Source: an uncultured Alphaproteobacteria bacterium
GTDB lineage: Bacteria > Pseudomonadota > Alphaproteobacteria > Methylaequorales > Methylaequoraceae
Direction: 5' to 3'
Assembly: GCA_902537615.1 (NCBI GenBank)
Contig: CACBBU010000003.1
Location: 17,647 to 81,646, forward strand
Length of the DNA stretch: 64,000 nt
A program made the position numbers and the translations under genes. Numbering within the stretch: position 1 is the stretch's first letter; each line of letters starts with the position of its first letter. Shown here one piece after another: positions 27,155 through 37,589 of the stretch. The notes beneath the pieces were generated by a model, which was not told the origin of the DNA, searched no databases, and saw only the letters and a program-made list of their open reading frames with translations.

Positions 27155-27802
27155 TTAATGTGAAAAGATATCAATATCATTCCATCCTAAAAAATCTAGG
27201 TCTACTCTAGTGGAGAGAAAAGTAAATAATTTTTCTGACAATTCATATCTACCTTCTCTTTTTAACATCAACTCAAGTATTTGTTTTAGTTCTACTAAAA
27301 AAATAACATCATTAGATGCGTATTTTAGTTGATTTGAAGATAATTCTTTTGCAGACCAGTCTGAAGATTGCTGGGTTTTATTTAAATCTTTGTCTAAAAG
27401 TTCTTTGCACAAATCTTTCAAGCCATGTTTGTCCGTATAAGTTCTAACTAATTTAGAGGCAATCTTTGTACAAAAAATATTTTGACAATTCACCCCAAAA
27501 GCTTTCTTGATTACAGCGAGATCAAATCTTGCATAATGAAAAACCTTAATAATTTTCTCATTTTCAAATAATTTAGTCAGATTTTTAGCAACAATTTTTT
27601 TTTGGGAATCTGTTTTTTCAAATTTTATCAAATGACATTCATTTCTAGATGTCGCAACTTGTAGTAAGCAAAGTCTATCTCTCACCAAAGAAAGTCCTGT
27701 TGTTTCAGAATCCACAGCGATCTCTTTTGGATATATCAAAGAATCTGGAAGGTCATTTTTGTGCAAATAAACCCTCGTATCACCAAAATTAAAAGTTTTC
27801 AT
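27155..27802 (-). CDS. short RNase D-like 3'-5' exonuclease (DEDDy)
   Basis: IAVDSETTGL, FHYARFDL, KYASNDVIFL motifs. 215 aa. Confidence 0.75.
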   Translation of the reverse strand: MKTFNFGDTRVYLHKNDLPDSLIYPKEIAVDSETTGLSLVRDRLCLLQVATSRNECHLIKFEKTDSQKKIVAKNLTKLFENEKIIKVFHYARFDLAVIKKAFGVNCQNIFCTKIASKLVRTYTDKHGLKDLCKELLDKDLNKTQQSSDWSAKELSSNQLKYASNDVIFLVELKQILELMLKREGRYELSEKLFTFLSTRVDLDFLGWNDIDIFSH

Positions 27803-27866
27803 TTCTTGAATAATATTAGTTATGATATTACTTAAAAACTAACTTACAAGGAATTTACATAAAAAA

Positions 27867-28820
27867 ATGAGCTCTAATTTAAGAGGAAAAAAAGTTGTGG
27901 TTTTTGGGGGTAACGGTTTCATCGGATCACATCTTGTTAACTATTTATGTGAAGAGGCTTGTGAGATAAAAATCATTACTAGACAAAAAAACTCTAAAAA
28001 AAAGATTTTTTTTGCGAATGAGCCGGGTCAGGTTTCATTTGAAGAAATTGATTATAATCAATCAGCTATTAATAAAGCAGTTAGTAATTACGATATTGTC
28101 TTTAATTTAATAGGAATCCTAGCTGAAAATAAAAATTCAAAGTTCAATTTTGTTCATACTGAGATTCCAAGAATGATTGCAAAAAGTTCTAATATAAATA
28201 AGGTTAACAGTTTTATTCATATGTCAGCATTAAATGTTAACATAATAAAAGATTCTAAATATGCTTTATCAAAATTCAGAGGAGAGATGGAGTTAAAAAA
28301 AGAATTTTCTAACGCGGTGATTGTTCGGCCAAGCGTTGTTTTTGGAAAGGGAGATAACTTCACAAATTTTTTTTCTAAGCTCTCAAAAATTAGCCCGTTT
28401 CTTCCTTTAATAGGAACACCTTATATAAATTTTTCCAAGGATCTCTTTAAAGTTATTAACTTCAAAAAAAAGGTTAAATTTCAACCTGTATACGTTGGTG
28501 ATCTATCAAAGTTTTTAATTAAAATGATTGGTAAGAAAAATAAAACTTATGAGATCACTGGCCCCTCAACTAAATCATTTAGTCAAATCTTTGATTTAAT
28601 CTTAGAACATAAAAAACGAACACGACTTTATATTCCTATTCCTTTTTTTCAAGCAAAAGTTATAGCTTTTTTTTTGGAATTTTTACCCGGACAACTTCTA
28701 ACTAGAGATCAAATTACTCTATTGAAGTATGATAGTATTTCAAAAAAAGGGTTAAGTAACCTCAGAACAGTGGTACCCAATCCATTAAGTATGGAAACTG
28801 TTCTTAAAACTTACCTTTAA
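27867..28820 (+). CDS. NDUFA9-like NAD(P)-binding SDR family protein
   Basis: KVVVFGGNGFIGSHLVNYL Rossmann motif, YALSKFRGE, RPSVVFGKGDNFTNFF, QPVYVGDLS. This is the pattern of bacterial complex I NDUFA9 homologues. Confidence 0.7.
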   Translation: MSSNLRGKKVVVFGGNGFIGSHLVNYLCEEACEIKIITRQKNSKKKIFFANEPGQVSFEEIDYNQSAINKAVSNYDIVFNLIGILAENKNSKFNFVHTEIPRMIAKSSNINKVNSFIHMSALNVNIIKDSKYALSKFRGEMELKKEFSNAVIVRPSVVFGKGDNFTNFFSKLSKISPFLPLIGTPYINFSKDLFKVINFKKKVKFQPVYVGDLSKFLIKMIGKKNKTYEITGPSTKSFSQIFDLILEHKKRTRLYIPIPFFQAKVIAFFLEFLPGQLLTRDQITLLKYDSISKKGLSNLRTVVPNPLSMETVLKTYL

Positions 28821-28830
28821 TTTGTTTGGA

Positions 28831-29604
28831 CTAACTTTTTTTGAGCATTTTTAAATATTTTTGAATATTTTGATATGTGGTCAATTTTAAATTTGAGTAT
28901 TCTTTTTTTGCTTTTGTATTATCTATTCTTGGCGTAAAGTAACCGTAGTTTCCAAATTTAACATTATTTGAATTTATGTAATTTTTGAGATCAATTAATT
29001 TTATATTCTTGCTAGCTGAGACATTAAAAATACCGAATTTTTTCTTCTTCATTACAATGTTGATGAAATTGAATAAATCTTCATAAAGTATATAATTTAA
29101 TGTGGAATTAGAAGATAAAGATATTTTTCTATTTTTATTAGAAATTATTTTTTGAATTGAATTTTCTCTTGAAGATTTGTCTAAAAGTCCAGCAACTCGT
29201 AGAATGGTAAATTTTTTTGAAAATTTCTGAATATAATTTTCACTCATAATCTTTAAAAATTCATAATTGTTTCTCGTTTTAACTTCAAAGTTAGTTTTTT
29301 CGTCATAAACTTGTATTGATTGAGGATAGATACCAATAGAGGAGATAAAAATAAAATGTTTAAAACTTAGCTTAAGTAGTTCAGTGGTAAGAAAAAAATT
29401 ATCATAAGAAAATTTATAAAAATTTTTTAATATAATATGTTCAGCCGAATTACTGGCGCAGTGAATAATCACATCATAATTTCTATCTAATTCACTTAAT
29501 TTTGAACTTCTATCAAATTTATAAGTATTTAGTTTATTAGCTATAAATTTCCCAAAACCTCTTCTTGTTCCTGTGGTTAGGATTTTTAATGATTTTAAAG
29601 CCAT
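28831..29604 (-). CDS. atypical SDR / epimerase-like protein (degenerate Rossmann motif)
   Basis: KILTTGTRRGFGKFIANKL N-terminus, 257 aa. No catalytic motif recognised with confidence. Confidence 0.4.
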   Translation of the reverse strand: MALKSLKILTTGTRRGFGKFIANKLNTYKFDRSSKLSELDRNYDVIIHCASNSAEHIILKNFYKFSYDNFFLTTELLKLSFKHFIFISSIGIYPQSIQVYDEKTNFEVKTRNNYEFLKIMSENYIQKFSKKFTILRVAGLLDKSSRENSIQKIISNKNRKISLSSNSTLNYILYEDLFNFINIVMKKKKFGIFNVSASKNIKLIDLKNYINSNNVKFGNYGYFTPRIDNTKAKKEYSNLKLTTYQNIQKYLKMLKKS

Positions 29605-29646
29605 AAAATTGTTAAATTATAAAAGTACGTTATATAATTTCTAGAT

Positions 29647-30462
29647 TTAATTTACAAAAAATAAGTAAATTAAAGCGCTTCCAAATATAAACCGATAAAT
29701 TGCAAAAATTAAAAACGAGAAGTTTTTTACCCAAGTTACTAAAAATTTTAAAAAAATTAGAGAAAAAATTAAACTAAATAAAAAAATTCCAATTGAATGT
29801 AAATTTAAATAATCAGTTAGTAAAAAAATCTCTTCATTTTGTATGATTACAAAAATAGTAGCTGCTAAAATTACTGGTATACTCAGAAGGTTTGAAAAAA
29901 AAACCGTAAAATTTCTATTAAATCCAAAAAAACGAAGAAAAATAATTATGGAACCTGATCTACTTACTCCAGGAATTAATGCGAGACATTGGAAAATACC
30001 TACAAATAAAGATGTTAAAAAGGTCATCTCCTCATTACTTTTTACAGTTAGACAAAATTTGTCAAAAACAAATAAAATAAATCCGAAAAAAATACTAGAT
30101 GTTCCAATTATCAAAAAGAGGGTCTTATCATCATAATTAAAAAATTTGGAAAAAAAGTATCCACATAACAATATAGGAAGAGTTGCTACTACTAGGTGAA
30201 TTGTCAAAGTAGCATTTTTGTCAATGTCAGGTCTTACTATATGCCTTAAAGAAATTAATAATGAAAAAAGTTGTTTGCTATAATACAGACACACAGCAAC
30301 TAAGGAACCTGCATGTGCAATTACATTAGCTTCAAGGATAGTAATATTAGATTTCATACTAATATTGAAAAATTTATTGAATACTATTAAGTGACCCTGA
30401 GAACTTACAGGAATGAATTCGGTGAAGCCCTGAAGTAAGGCAAATAGAAGGATTAAATACAC
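29647..30462 (-). CDS. uppP: undecaprenyl-diphosphate phosphatase
   Basis: LLQGFTEFIPVSSQGHL and PGVSRSG motifs. Polytopic, 271 aa. Confidence 0.9.
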   Translation of the reverse strand: MYLILLFALLQGFTEFIPVSSQGHLIVFNKFFNISMKSNITILEANVIAHAGSLVAVCLYYSKQLFSLLISLRHIVRPDIDKNATLTIHLVVATLPILLCGYFFSKFFNYDDKTLFLIIGTSSIFFGFILFVFDKFCLTVKSNEEMTFLTSLFVGIFQCLALIPGVSRSGSIIIFLRFFGFNRNFTVFFSNLLSIPVILAATIFVIIQNEEIFLLTDYLNLHSIGIFLFSLIFSLIFLKFLVTWVKNFSFLIFAIYRFIFGSALIYLFFVN

Positions 30463-30535
30463 AATAATTCCCTTATTTAACTAACATCATACTAAAAAAA
30501 AATCCAAAAACTAAAAATTTCTTTAAAAAATAAAA

Positions 30536-31456
30536 ATGATCAATACAATTCACTTCATGAATATCAGAAATTTTGATTTAAATTTACTTATTATTTTCAA
30601 AACACTTTTTGAAGAAAGAAATGTTACAAGAGCTAGTAAAAAAATTGGTATAACACAACCTGCTATGAGCAATGCTCTTAATAGACTAAGATACTTGGTA
30701 AAAGATGAATTGTTTATTAGAGGGCCAAAAGGTATGAGACCAACTCCAAGGGCAGTTGAACTTTCAATACCAGTTAAAGGTGCATTGAGTAACCTCGAAT
30801 TTGCTTTGTCTACAATCAATTTTAATCCAGCAACAGCTGAAAAACTCTACAGGATCTCCATTTCTGATGATGTTGCTCCTTTAATAGTTCCTAACTTAGT
30901 AAGTTTTCTTCAAAAAAAGTCACCTAATTCATCACTAAGGATAAGATCAGAGCAAGGTTCTGGAGCGATTAAATTATTAGATAGCAATGATATTGATTTT
31001 GCAATTGGAAGATTTGAAATTGTACCTAATAGATTTGGGTTTATTGAACTTTTTACAGAAAATTACGTCTGTATGATGAATAAATCTCACAAATTTTCTA
31101 TAGAAAAAAGACTTTCAATTGAGCAATACCTTTCCTCAAAGCACCTAAGAGTAGCACCACATGACGCCCCTACAGCTCCGATTGATAGATCATTAAGTCA
31201 GCTAAATCTTGAAAGAGAAATTTTTGTTAGAATAGATCTAATAACAATGGCTCCACTTATTTTAAAAAACTCTGATTTGATCCTTACGTTACCATCTAAA
31301 ACTGCTCAAAGAATGGCTAAAAACTATAGTTTTATAATTGCAGAATTACCAATAGAGTTGGAAAAAAGGAAAACAAAATTAATCTGGCATAATGAGTTGT
31401 CAAGTCATCCATCATTTGATTGGATAAAAAAACAAATAAAAGTAGATCTATGCTAA
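30536..31456 (+). CDS. LysR-family transcriptional regulator
   Basis: N-terminal wHTH FDLNLLIIFKTLFEERNVTRASKKIGITQPAMSNALNRLR plus a LysR substrate-binding domain. 306 aa. Confidence 0.85.
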   Translation: MINTIHFMNIRNFDLNLLIIFKTLFEERNVTRASKKIGITQPAMSNALNRLRYLVKDELFIRGPKGMRPTPRAVELSIPVKGALSNLEFALSTINFNPATAEKLYRISISDDVAPLIVPNLVSFLQKKSPNSSLRIRSEQGSGAIKLLDSNDIDFAIGRFEIVPNRFGFIELFTENYVCMMNKSHKFSIEKRLSIEQYLSSKHLRVAPHDAPTAPIDRSLSQLNLEREIFVRIDLITMAPLILKNSDLILTLPSKTAQRMAKNYSFIIAELPIELEKRKTKLIWHNELSSHPSFDWIKKQIKVDLC

Positions 31457-32316
31457 AATTTATTTTTTTGGGGGCAGGTTACTGCTCAAAGTACGTAATT
31501 CCTCTTCTCCCAAAAAATTGTGAAATTATATGCACACATAACCTTAAAATAAAACAAGAATCAGATGATCACAAATATAATCTCAAAAGACTTTGTTTTA
31601 AAGATTTTTTAAGGCAAAAAGATACACTCTTAAAAGATGTTTCATTTATCTTAAATTCAATTCCTCCTTCAGATAAAGGAGATATTGTAATTAATAATTT
31701 AAAGGAAAGTATTTTAAAAAACCAAGAAAAACTTAAGTGGTTCGGTTATTTTTCATCTACAAGTGTTTATGGTAACTACGATGGTGATTGGGTTGATGAA
31801 AATTCCAAGCTTATCCCTAAAACTTCAAGAGGAATTTTAAGAAAAAGATCTGAATCCAATCACCTTGATTTGTTTAGATTACATAGTTTACCTATTCACA
31901 TTTTTAGACTTCCGGGAATATATGGTCCTGGTCGATCAGTGTTTGATAAAGTAAGAAATGGCGAGTTGACAGAAATTATAAAAAAAGATCACTTTTTTTC
32001 TCGTGTTTATGTTGAGGATATTGGTTCAGCTATCAGTAAAAGTATCAATAGTCCGACTCCTGGTGAAATTTTCAATTTATCTGATGATATGCCCTGCCAA
32101 TCAAGTGATATTGTAAGATATGCTGCATCTTTAATAAAAATTTCTAATATTAAAACTCTTAGTTATGATGATCCAAGATTAAATGAAAAAATTAGAAGTT
32201 TTTATTATGATAATAAAAGAGTTAAAAATTTAAAAATAAAAAAAATATTGGATTGGACACCTAAATATGGAAATTATAAATTAGGGCTAAAAAGAATACT
32301 TGAGATTAGAATATGA
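31450..32316 (+). CDS. NAD(P)-binding SDR/epimerase family protein
   Basis: Start moved to MLKFIFLGAGYCSKY (Rossmann G.GY). SSTSVYG, IFRLPGIYGPGR. Overlaps the LysR stop. Confidence 0.6.
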   Translation: MLKFIFLGAGYCSKYVIPLLPKNCEIICTHNLKIKQESDDHKYNLKRLCFKDFLRQKDTLLKDVSFILNSIPPSDKGDIVINNLKESILKNQEKLKWFGYFSSTSVYGNYDGDWVDENSKLIPKTSRGILRKRSESNHLDLFRLHSLPIHIFRLPGIYGPGRSVFDKVRNGELTEIIKKDHFFSRVYVEDIGSAISKSINSPTPGEIFNLSDDMPCQSSDIVRYAASLIKISNIKTLSYDDPRLNEKIRSFYYDNKRVKNLKIKKILDWTPKYGNYKLGLKRILEIRI

Positions 32317-33479
32317 AAACAATTCTGCAAATACTTCCGTCATTAGATAAAATTAATGGAGGTGTTGAAAGAGGAACCCTTGACATAGCTAAAGAACTCG
32401 CCAAACGAAAATATAACTCAGTGATTATTTCATCAGGTGGAGAAATGGCAGATAGATATAAATATAAGGGAGTAAGTCATCATAAAATTGAAATAAATAA
32501 TAAAGGATTAATTAATTTTTTTTCATCAAGAGGTAAATTTAGAAAATTATTGGACCAAATAAAACCTGACCTGATACATATAAGAAGTAGATGGCCATCT
32601 TTTTGCTTTACCTCTGAAATCAAAAAAAGAAAAATTCCTTATGTGACAACTTATCATGGCACATATAGTGGTAATAAAAATTTTATTAAAAAATCTTATA
32701 ATAAAGTAATGACTAATGGTGATAAGATTATTTCAATTTCAAAATTTATTGATGACCACATAAGACATTTTTTTCCAGAAGTTAAAAACAAACTTGTTCA
32801 AATAAATCGTGGGATAGACACTGATAACTTTGACCTTGATTCAGTGTCTCAAATTCGGAAAGAAAAACTTTTAAGTGACTTATCAATTCCTGAAAGGTCA
32901 CATATCATTTTGTTACCTGGAAGATTATCCTCTTGGAAAGGACAAATAGTTGGCATAAATGCATTAGATTATGTTTTAAAAAAAGACCCTAGTCTAAATA
33001 TTGTAATGTTACTAGTTGGGTCAGAGAATAGAAAAAATAAGTTTACAAAACAAATTAAAAAAAGGTTAAAGAAATTAAGATTAACTGATAGGGTAATTTT
33101 TTGTGGAAATATTTCTGATATGGCGACTGTTTACTCTATTTCAGATATTGTTTTATCAACCTCAATAGAACCCGAAGCTTTTGGTAGAATCACAGCAGAA
33201 GCCTCCTCAATGACTAAACCAGTAATTGCATCAAATCATGGAGGTTCAAGAGAAATAATTGAAAATAATCTTTCCGGATGGCTTGTCAATCCAGGTGATG
33301 AAGAAGCGCTTGGTGAAAAAATTCTTCATGTATTAAATTTGGACCAAGAAAAAAAGGATTTGATCGGAAGCAATGCAAGAAAAAGAATTATTGGAAAGTT
33401 TAATTTAAAACAGATGCTCGACAAAACTATTAATGTCTATGAGGAATTAATTGAAGCAAAAGAAAACTTTGGTAATTAA
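32313..33479 (+). CDS. glycosyltransferase family 4 (GT-B, group 1)
   Basis: GGVERGTLDIAKEL N-terminus and C-terminal EPEAFGRITAEASSMTKPVIASNHGGSREII (E-X7-E type motif). Confidence 0.8.
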   Translation: MKTILQILPSLDKINGGVERGTLDIAKELAKRKYNSVIISSGGEMADRYKYKGVSHHKIEINNKGLINFFSSRGKFRKLLDQIKPDLIHIRSRWPSFCFTSEIKKRKIPYVTTYHGTYSGNKNFIKKSYNKVMTNGDKIISISKFIDDHIRHFFPEVKNKLVQINRGIDTDNFDLDSVSQIRKEKLLSDLSIPERSHIILLPGRLSSWKGQIVGINALDYVLKKDPSLNIVMLLVGSENRKNKFTKQIKKRLKKLRLTDRVIFCGNISDMATVYSISDIVLSTSIEPEAFGRITAEASSMTKPVIASNHGGSREIIENNLSGWLVNPGDEEALGEKILHVLNLDQEKKDLIGSNARKRIIGKFNLKQMLDKTINVYEELIEAKENFGN

Positions 33480-34383
33480 ATTTGGTGGGTTAGGCGATGT
33501 TATTTTATCGCTTAATGCAATGTACTCAATTTATAAGCATTTTGGTAAAGTTTCACTTTTGACTGAGGAACCCTTTGATAAACTTTTAAAAAAGTCAAAA
33601 TGGTTCAAAGAAATATTTACAATAAAAAGATCAAAGTTTTATTTTTATGATATCTATAAAATTAGAAAACAAATTGATCCAACTTTTTTTTCTAATGTAT
33701 TTGATCTTCAAACTTCATATAGATCTTCCTACTACTTAAAAATTTTTAAAAATTTTGATTGTGATACTAATGGTATTGGTAAGTATTCAAAAACAAAACA
33801 TCAAAATGCTGGTCGAGATAAGATGCACACAATTGAAAGACAAAAAGACCAATTAAGTTTTTCTAAAGTGAAGTTTTATACTAGACCAAACCTGTCATGG
33901 TTTTACAATAAATCTAACAGATTTAATATATCTGGAGAATACGCGCTTATTGTTCCTGGTGGTTCCGGAAAAAGGTTAAATAAAAGAATTCCAATCAAAT
34001 TTTTTTTTGAAATAGTTTCTGTGCTTATTAATCAAAATATCCAACCCATACTAATTGGTTCAAAAGATGACTTTCATGCCTGCAAAAAAATAGAAGAAAA
34101 ATTTCCTAAGGTACAAAATCTTTGCTTACAAACAAGTTACTTTGACATTGCATCGCTAGCCACTAATTCATTATTTTCTATTGGAAACGATACTGGTCCA
34201 ATTCATATAATATCAAGAGCTAATAAAAAAACGATCGTTCTTTTCACCAAAAATTCAAATCCCGATCTTTGTGGACCAGTTGGTAAACAGACTGAGATTT
34301 TAATTTTTGAAAAAACTAATACTTATTTCAATAAACTTTTACTAGAAAAAACCAAAAAAGCTATTCAACATGATCAATATTGA
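33451..34383 (+). CDS. glycosyltransferase family 9 (heptosyltransferase-like)
   Basis: LVIKFGGLGDVILSLNAM N-terminus, GNDTGPIHI near the C-terminus. Confidence 0.7.
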   Translation: MKQKKTLVIKFGGLGDVILSLNAMYSIYKHFGKVSLLTEEPFDKLLKKSKWFKEIFTIKRSKFYFYDIYKIRKQIDPTFFSNVFDLQTSYRSSYYLKIFKNFDCDTNGIGKYSKTKHQNAGRDKMHTIERQKDQLSFSKVKFYTRPNLSWFYNKSNRFNISGEYALIVPGGSGKRLNKRIPIKFFFEIVSVLINQNIQPILIGSKDDFHACKKIEEKFPKVQNLCLQTSYFDIASLATNSLFSIGNDTGPIHIISRANKKTIVLFTKNSNPDLCGPVGKQTEILIFEKTNTYFNKLLLEKTKKAIQHDQY

Positions 34384-34413
34384 CATAACAAAACAATTAC
34401 TCTAATTAAAATA

Positions 34414-36330
34414 ATGTTAAAAATTACCTTCCCTGATGGAAAGCATAAAAATTATGAACCTGGAATAACAGGCCTTGATATTGCTAGAGATATTTCAGTA
34501 TCACTTTCAAAGGCGGCAGTTGCGATAATTGTAAATGGTGATCAAAAAGATTTATCCGATCCTATTAATGAAAACGCTCTAGTAAATATTATTACAATTA
34601 AAGATGACTTAGGACTTGAAATAATGCGTCATACAATTGCGGCACAGGTTCTTGCCAGGGCTATCAAAATTATTTACCCTGAAGCAAAGTTGGCCATAGG
34701 ACCAATAATTGAAAATGGTTTTTATTATGATGTTTTGTTGAAAGATTCAATTTCTTCTGACGATTTAACCTCTATTGAAGAGGAAATGAAAAAAATTGTA
34801 AAAGAGGGTCATTTAATAAATAAAAAAATAAAAAATAAAGATGAAGCAATAAAATTATTTCAAAAGTTAGAAGAGCCATATAAAGTTCAAATAATAAAAG
34901 ATTCATTACAAGAAAATGATTTTCAAATTTACCAGCAAGGGGAAACAAATTTTTTTGATTTGTGTAAAGGTCCCCATCTTCCAAATTTAATGTTTATAGG
35001 TGAGTTCAAACTAACAAAAGTTTCTGGCGCATATTGGCGAGGAGACTCTAAAAATGAAATGCTTCAAAGAATTTACGGTACTGCATGGAGAAATAAAAAA
35101 GAATTAGATTCATATTTATTTATGTTAAAGGAGGCAGAAAAAAGAGATCATAGAAAAATAGGTAAAGAAATGGATCTTTTTCATTTCCAAGATGACGCAC
35201 CTGGGTCAGTTTTTTGGCATTCTAAGGGTTGGTTGATTTTTAATGAGTTAGTAAAGTATATGAGAAATAAACAACAAAATTCTGGCTACACTGAAATCAG
35301 TACACCAACAGTTCTAGACAGATCACTATGGGAAAAATCTGGGCATTGGGAAAAATTTCAAGATAACATGTATCTTGCTAAAACAAATGATGAGAGAATT
35401 TTCGCGTTGAAACCAATGAACTGTCCTGGGGGAATACAAATATACAATAATTCATTAAGAAGTTACAGAGATCTTCCATTGAGAATCGCTGAATTTGGAA
35501 AAGTTTTTAGATTTGAACCTTCCGGAGCCCTTCACGGATTAATGAGAGTGAGAGAATTTACACAAGATGACGCTCATATTTATTGTTTAAAAGAACAGAT
35601 GGAAGACGAATGTGAAAAGGTTATTAACCTAACTTTAGATATATACAAAGATTTTGGGTTTGAGAAAATAAAGATTAAATTTTCTGATAGACCAAAAAAA
35701 AGGATTGGTGATGATGATACCTGGGAATTTCTTGAAAATTCACTTCTTAGCTCTCTAAAAAAATTAAATTTAGAATATGATATTAATAAAGGGGAAGGAG
35801 CTTTTTATGGACCAAAAATTGAATTTGTATTAGTTGATGCGATCGGAAGGGAGTGGCAATGTGGAACATTACAAGTAGATTTAAATTTACCTCCAAGATT
35901 AGGCGCAAATTTTGTAGATAAGGATGGGTCAAAAAAACATCCAGTAATGTTACACAGAGCATTTTTTGGATCTTTAGAGAGATTCATTGGAATTTTAATT
36001 GAAAATTATTCTGGAAGATTACCTCATTGGCTTGCACCAGTGCAAGTTGCTATAGCTACAATTAACGACAATTGTATTCAATATTCAAAACTTATAGGTA
36101 ATCATCTCAGTAAAGATGGCGTTAAATTTAAATTTGATTTTAGAAACGAGAAGTTAAACTATAAAATTAGAGATTTATCACTTGAGAAAATTCCTTTTAT
36201 TGTTGTGATTGGTGAAAAAGAAATTTCAGATAAAACAATTTCATTAAGATCATTTCCAGAGAACAAATTGGTTTCAATGCAATTAAATGAATTTTTAAAA
36301 AAAATAAAAAATTCTTGCAGTATAGAATAA
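34414..36330 (+). CDS. thrS: threonyl-tRNA synthetase
   Basis: TGS domain N-terminus, HRKIGKEMDLFHF, class II motifs (FRFEPSGALHGLMRVREFTQDDAHIY). 638 aa. Confidence 0.97.
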   Translation: MLKITFPDGKHKNYEPGITGLDIARDISVSLSKAAVAIIVNGDQKDLSDPINENALVNIITIKDDLGLEIMRHTIAAQVLARAIKIIYPEAKLAIGPIIENGFYYDVLLKDSISSDDLTSIEEEMKKIVKEGHLINKKIKNKDEAIKLFQKLEEPYKVQIIKDSLQENDFQIYQQGETNFFDLCKGPHLPNLMFIGEFKLTKVSGAYWRGDSKNEMLQRIYGTAWRNKKELDSYLFMLKEAEKRDHRKIGKEMDLFHFQDDAPGSVFWHSKGWLIFNELVKYMRNKQQNSGYTEISTPTVLDRSLWEKSGHWEKFQDNMYLAKTNDERIFALKPMNCPGGIQIYNNSLRSYRDLPLRIAEFGKVFRFEPSGALHGLMRVREFTQDDAHIYCLKEQMEDECEKVINLTLDIYKDFGFEKIKIKFSDRPKKRIGDDDTWEFLENSLLSSLKKLNLEYDINKGEGAFYGPKIEFVLVDAIGREWQCGTLQVDLNLPPRLGANFVDKDGSKKHPVMLHRAFFGSLERFIGILIENYSGRLPHWLAPVQVAIATINDNCIQYSKLIGNHLSKDGVKFKFDFRNEKLNYKIRDLSLEKIPFIVVIGEKEISDKTISLRSFPENKLVSMQLNEFLKKIKNSCSIE

Positions 36331-36402
36331 TTTATGACTAATCTGTCCTACTATAAGTATTTTAACGAAAGGCAAAAAAAAAAATATGCAAATAACTAGA
36401 TT

Positions 36403-36930
36403 ATGAACAAAGGTTCTTTCAGTTCAAATCGTGGCCCCGCGGTTAATAAATCTATATCGGCGAAATCAGTCAGAGTGATTACAGATAACGGTGAAATGTT
36501 AGGTGTTCTTCAAATTGAAGACGCGTTAAAAATGGCTTCAGAACAAGGGCTTGATCTTGTGGAGGTATCTCCCAAAGCCAACCCCCCGGTATGTAAAATA
36601 ATTGATTATGGAAAGTACAAATACAGAGTTCAGAAGAAACAAGCTGAAGCCCGAAAGAAACAAAAAACATTTGAGGTAAAAGAGGTTAAATTAAGACCAG
36701 GTATAGAGGATCATGATTATGGAGTAAAACTTAAATCCATTCAGAGATTTTTGGGTGATGGAGATAAAGTCAAGATTACTCTTAGATTCAAGGGCAGGGA
36801 AATGGCTTATCAGCAAAGGGGTATGGAAATTCTTAAAAAGTTGGAAAGTGCTATTGAACAAGTAGCAAAAATAGAGCAGGTTCCAACACTTGAAGGCAAA
36901 CATATGATTATGGTTGTTGCACCAAGGTAA
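36403..36930 (+). CDS. infC: translation initiation factor IF-3
   Basis: VRVITDNGEMLGVLQIEDALKMASEQGLDLVEVSPKANPPVCKIIDYGKYKY. Synteny thrS-infC-rpmI-rplT. Here an ATG start is available. Confidence 0.92.
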   Translation: MNKGSFSSNRGPAVNKSISAKSVRVITDNGEMLGVLQIEDALKMASEQGLDLVEVSPKANPPVCKIIDYGKYKYRVQKKQAEARKKQKTFEVKEVKLRPGIEDHDYGVKLKSIQRFLGDGDKVKITLRFKGREMAYQQRGMEILKKLESAIEQVAKIEQVPTLEGKHMIMVVAPR

Positions 36931-37014
36931 ATTTATTAATTAAATCATCCTTGCAATGAAATAAAAAAAATATATAAATATAAAAACTTTATAATACCAA
37001 ATTTAAGATATATT

Positions 37015-37215
37015 ATGCCAAAAATTAAGACAAAAAGCGGAACAAAAAAAAGATTTAAAACAACTGGTACAGGAAAAGTTGCAATGTTTTCTAGTGGCAA
37101 AAGACATAACTTAACAAAAAGGACAAAGAAAATGAAAAGATCTGCAAAAGGTCCAGTTATAATGTCTAAACAAGACACAAAGATAGTCAAAAAATACATG
37201 AATTCGAAAATTTGA
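37015..37215 (+). CDS. rpmI: 50S ribosomal protein L35
   Basis: [22 protein letters not shown]... 66 aa. Confidence 0.95.
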   Translation: MPKIKTKSGTKKRFKTTGTGKVAMFSSGKRHNLTKRTKKMKRSAKGPVIMSKQDTKIVKKYMNSKI

Positions 37216-37225
37216 AGAGGTAAAT

Positions 37226-37576
37226 ATGTCAAGAGTTAAAGCTGGATTTGTCACTAGGAGAAGACACAAAAAAATAATTAAGAGAGCAAAGGGTTATTAC
37301 GGTAGAAGAAAAAACACCTTCAAGGTTGCCAATCAAGCTGTTGAAAAAGCTGGTCAATATGCTTACAGAGATAGGAAAGTAAAAAAAAGGCAGTTTAGAA
37401 GCCTTTGGATTCAAAGAATTAATGCAGGTTGCAGGTTGCATGGAATAAAATATTCCTCCTTCATAAATGGATTGAAAAAAGTGAACCTTCATTTCAACAG
37501 AAAAGTTCTTGCTGATTTGGCAGCTCAAGAACCTGATTCATTTAAAGAAATTGTAGCTAAAGTTAAAGCAGGCTGA
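37226..37576 (+). CDS. rplT: 50S ribosomal protein L20
   Basis: [30 protein letters not shown]... 116 aa. Confidence 0.97.
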   Translation: MSRVKAGFVTRRRHKKIIKRAKGYYGRRKNTFKVANQAVEKAGQYAYRDRKVKKRQFRSLWIQRINAGCRLHGIKYSSFINGLKKVNLHFNRKVLADLAAQEPDSFKEIVAKVKAG

Positions 37577-37589
37577 TAATTTATATTAA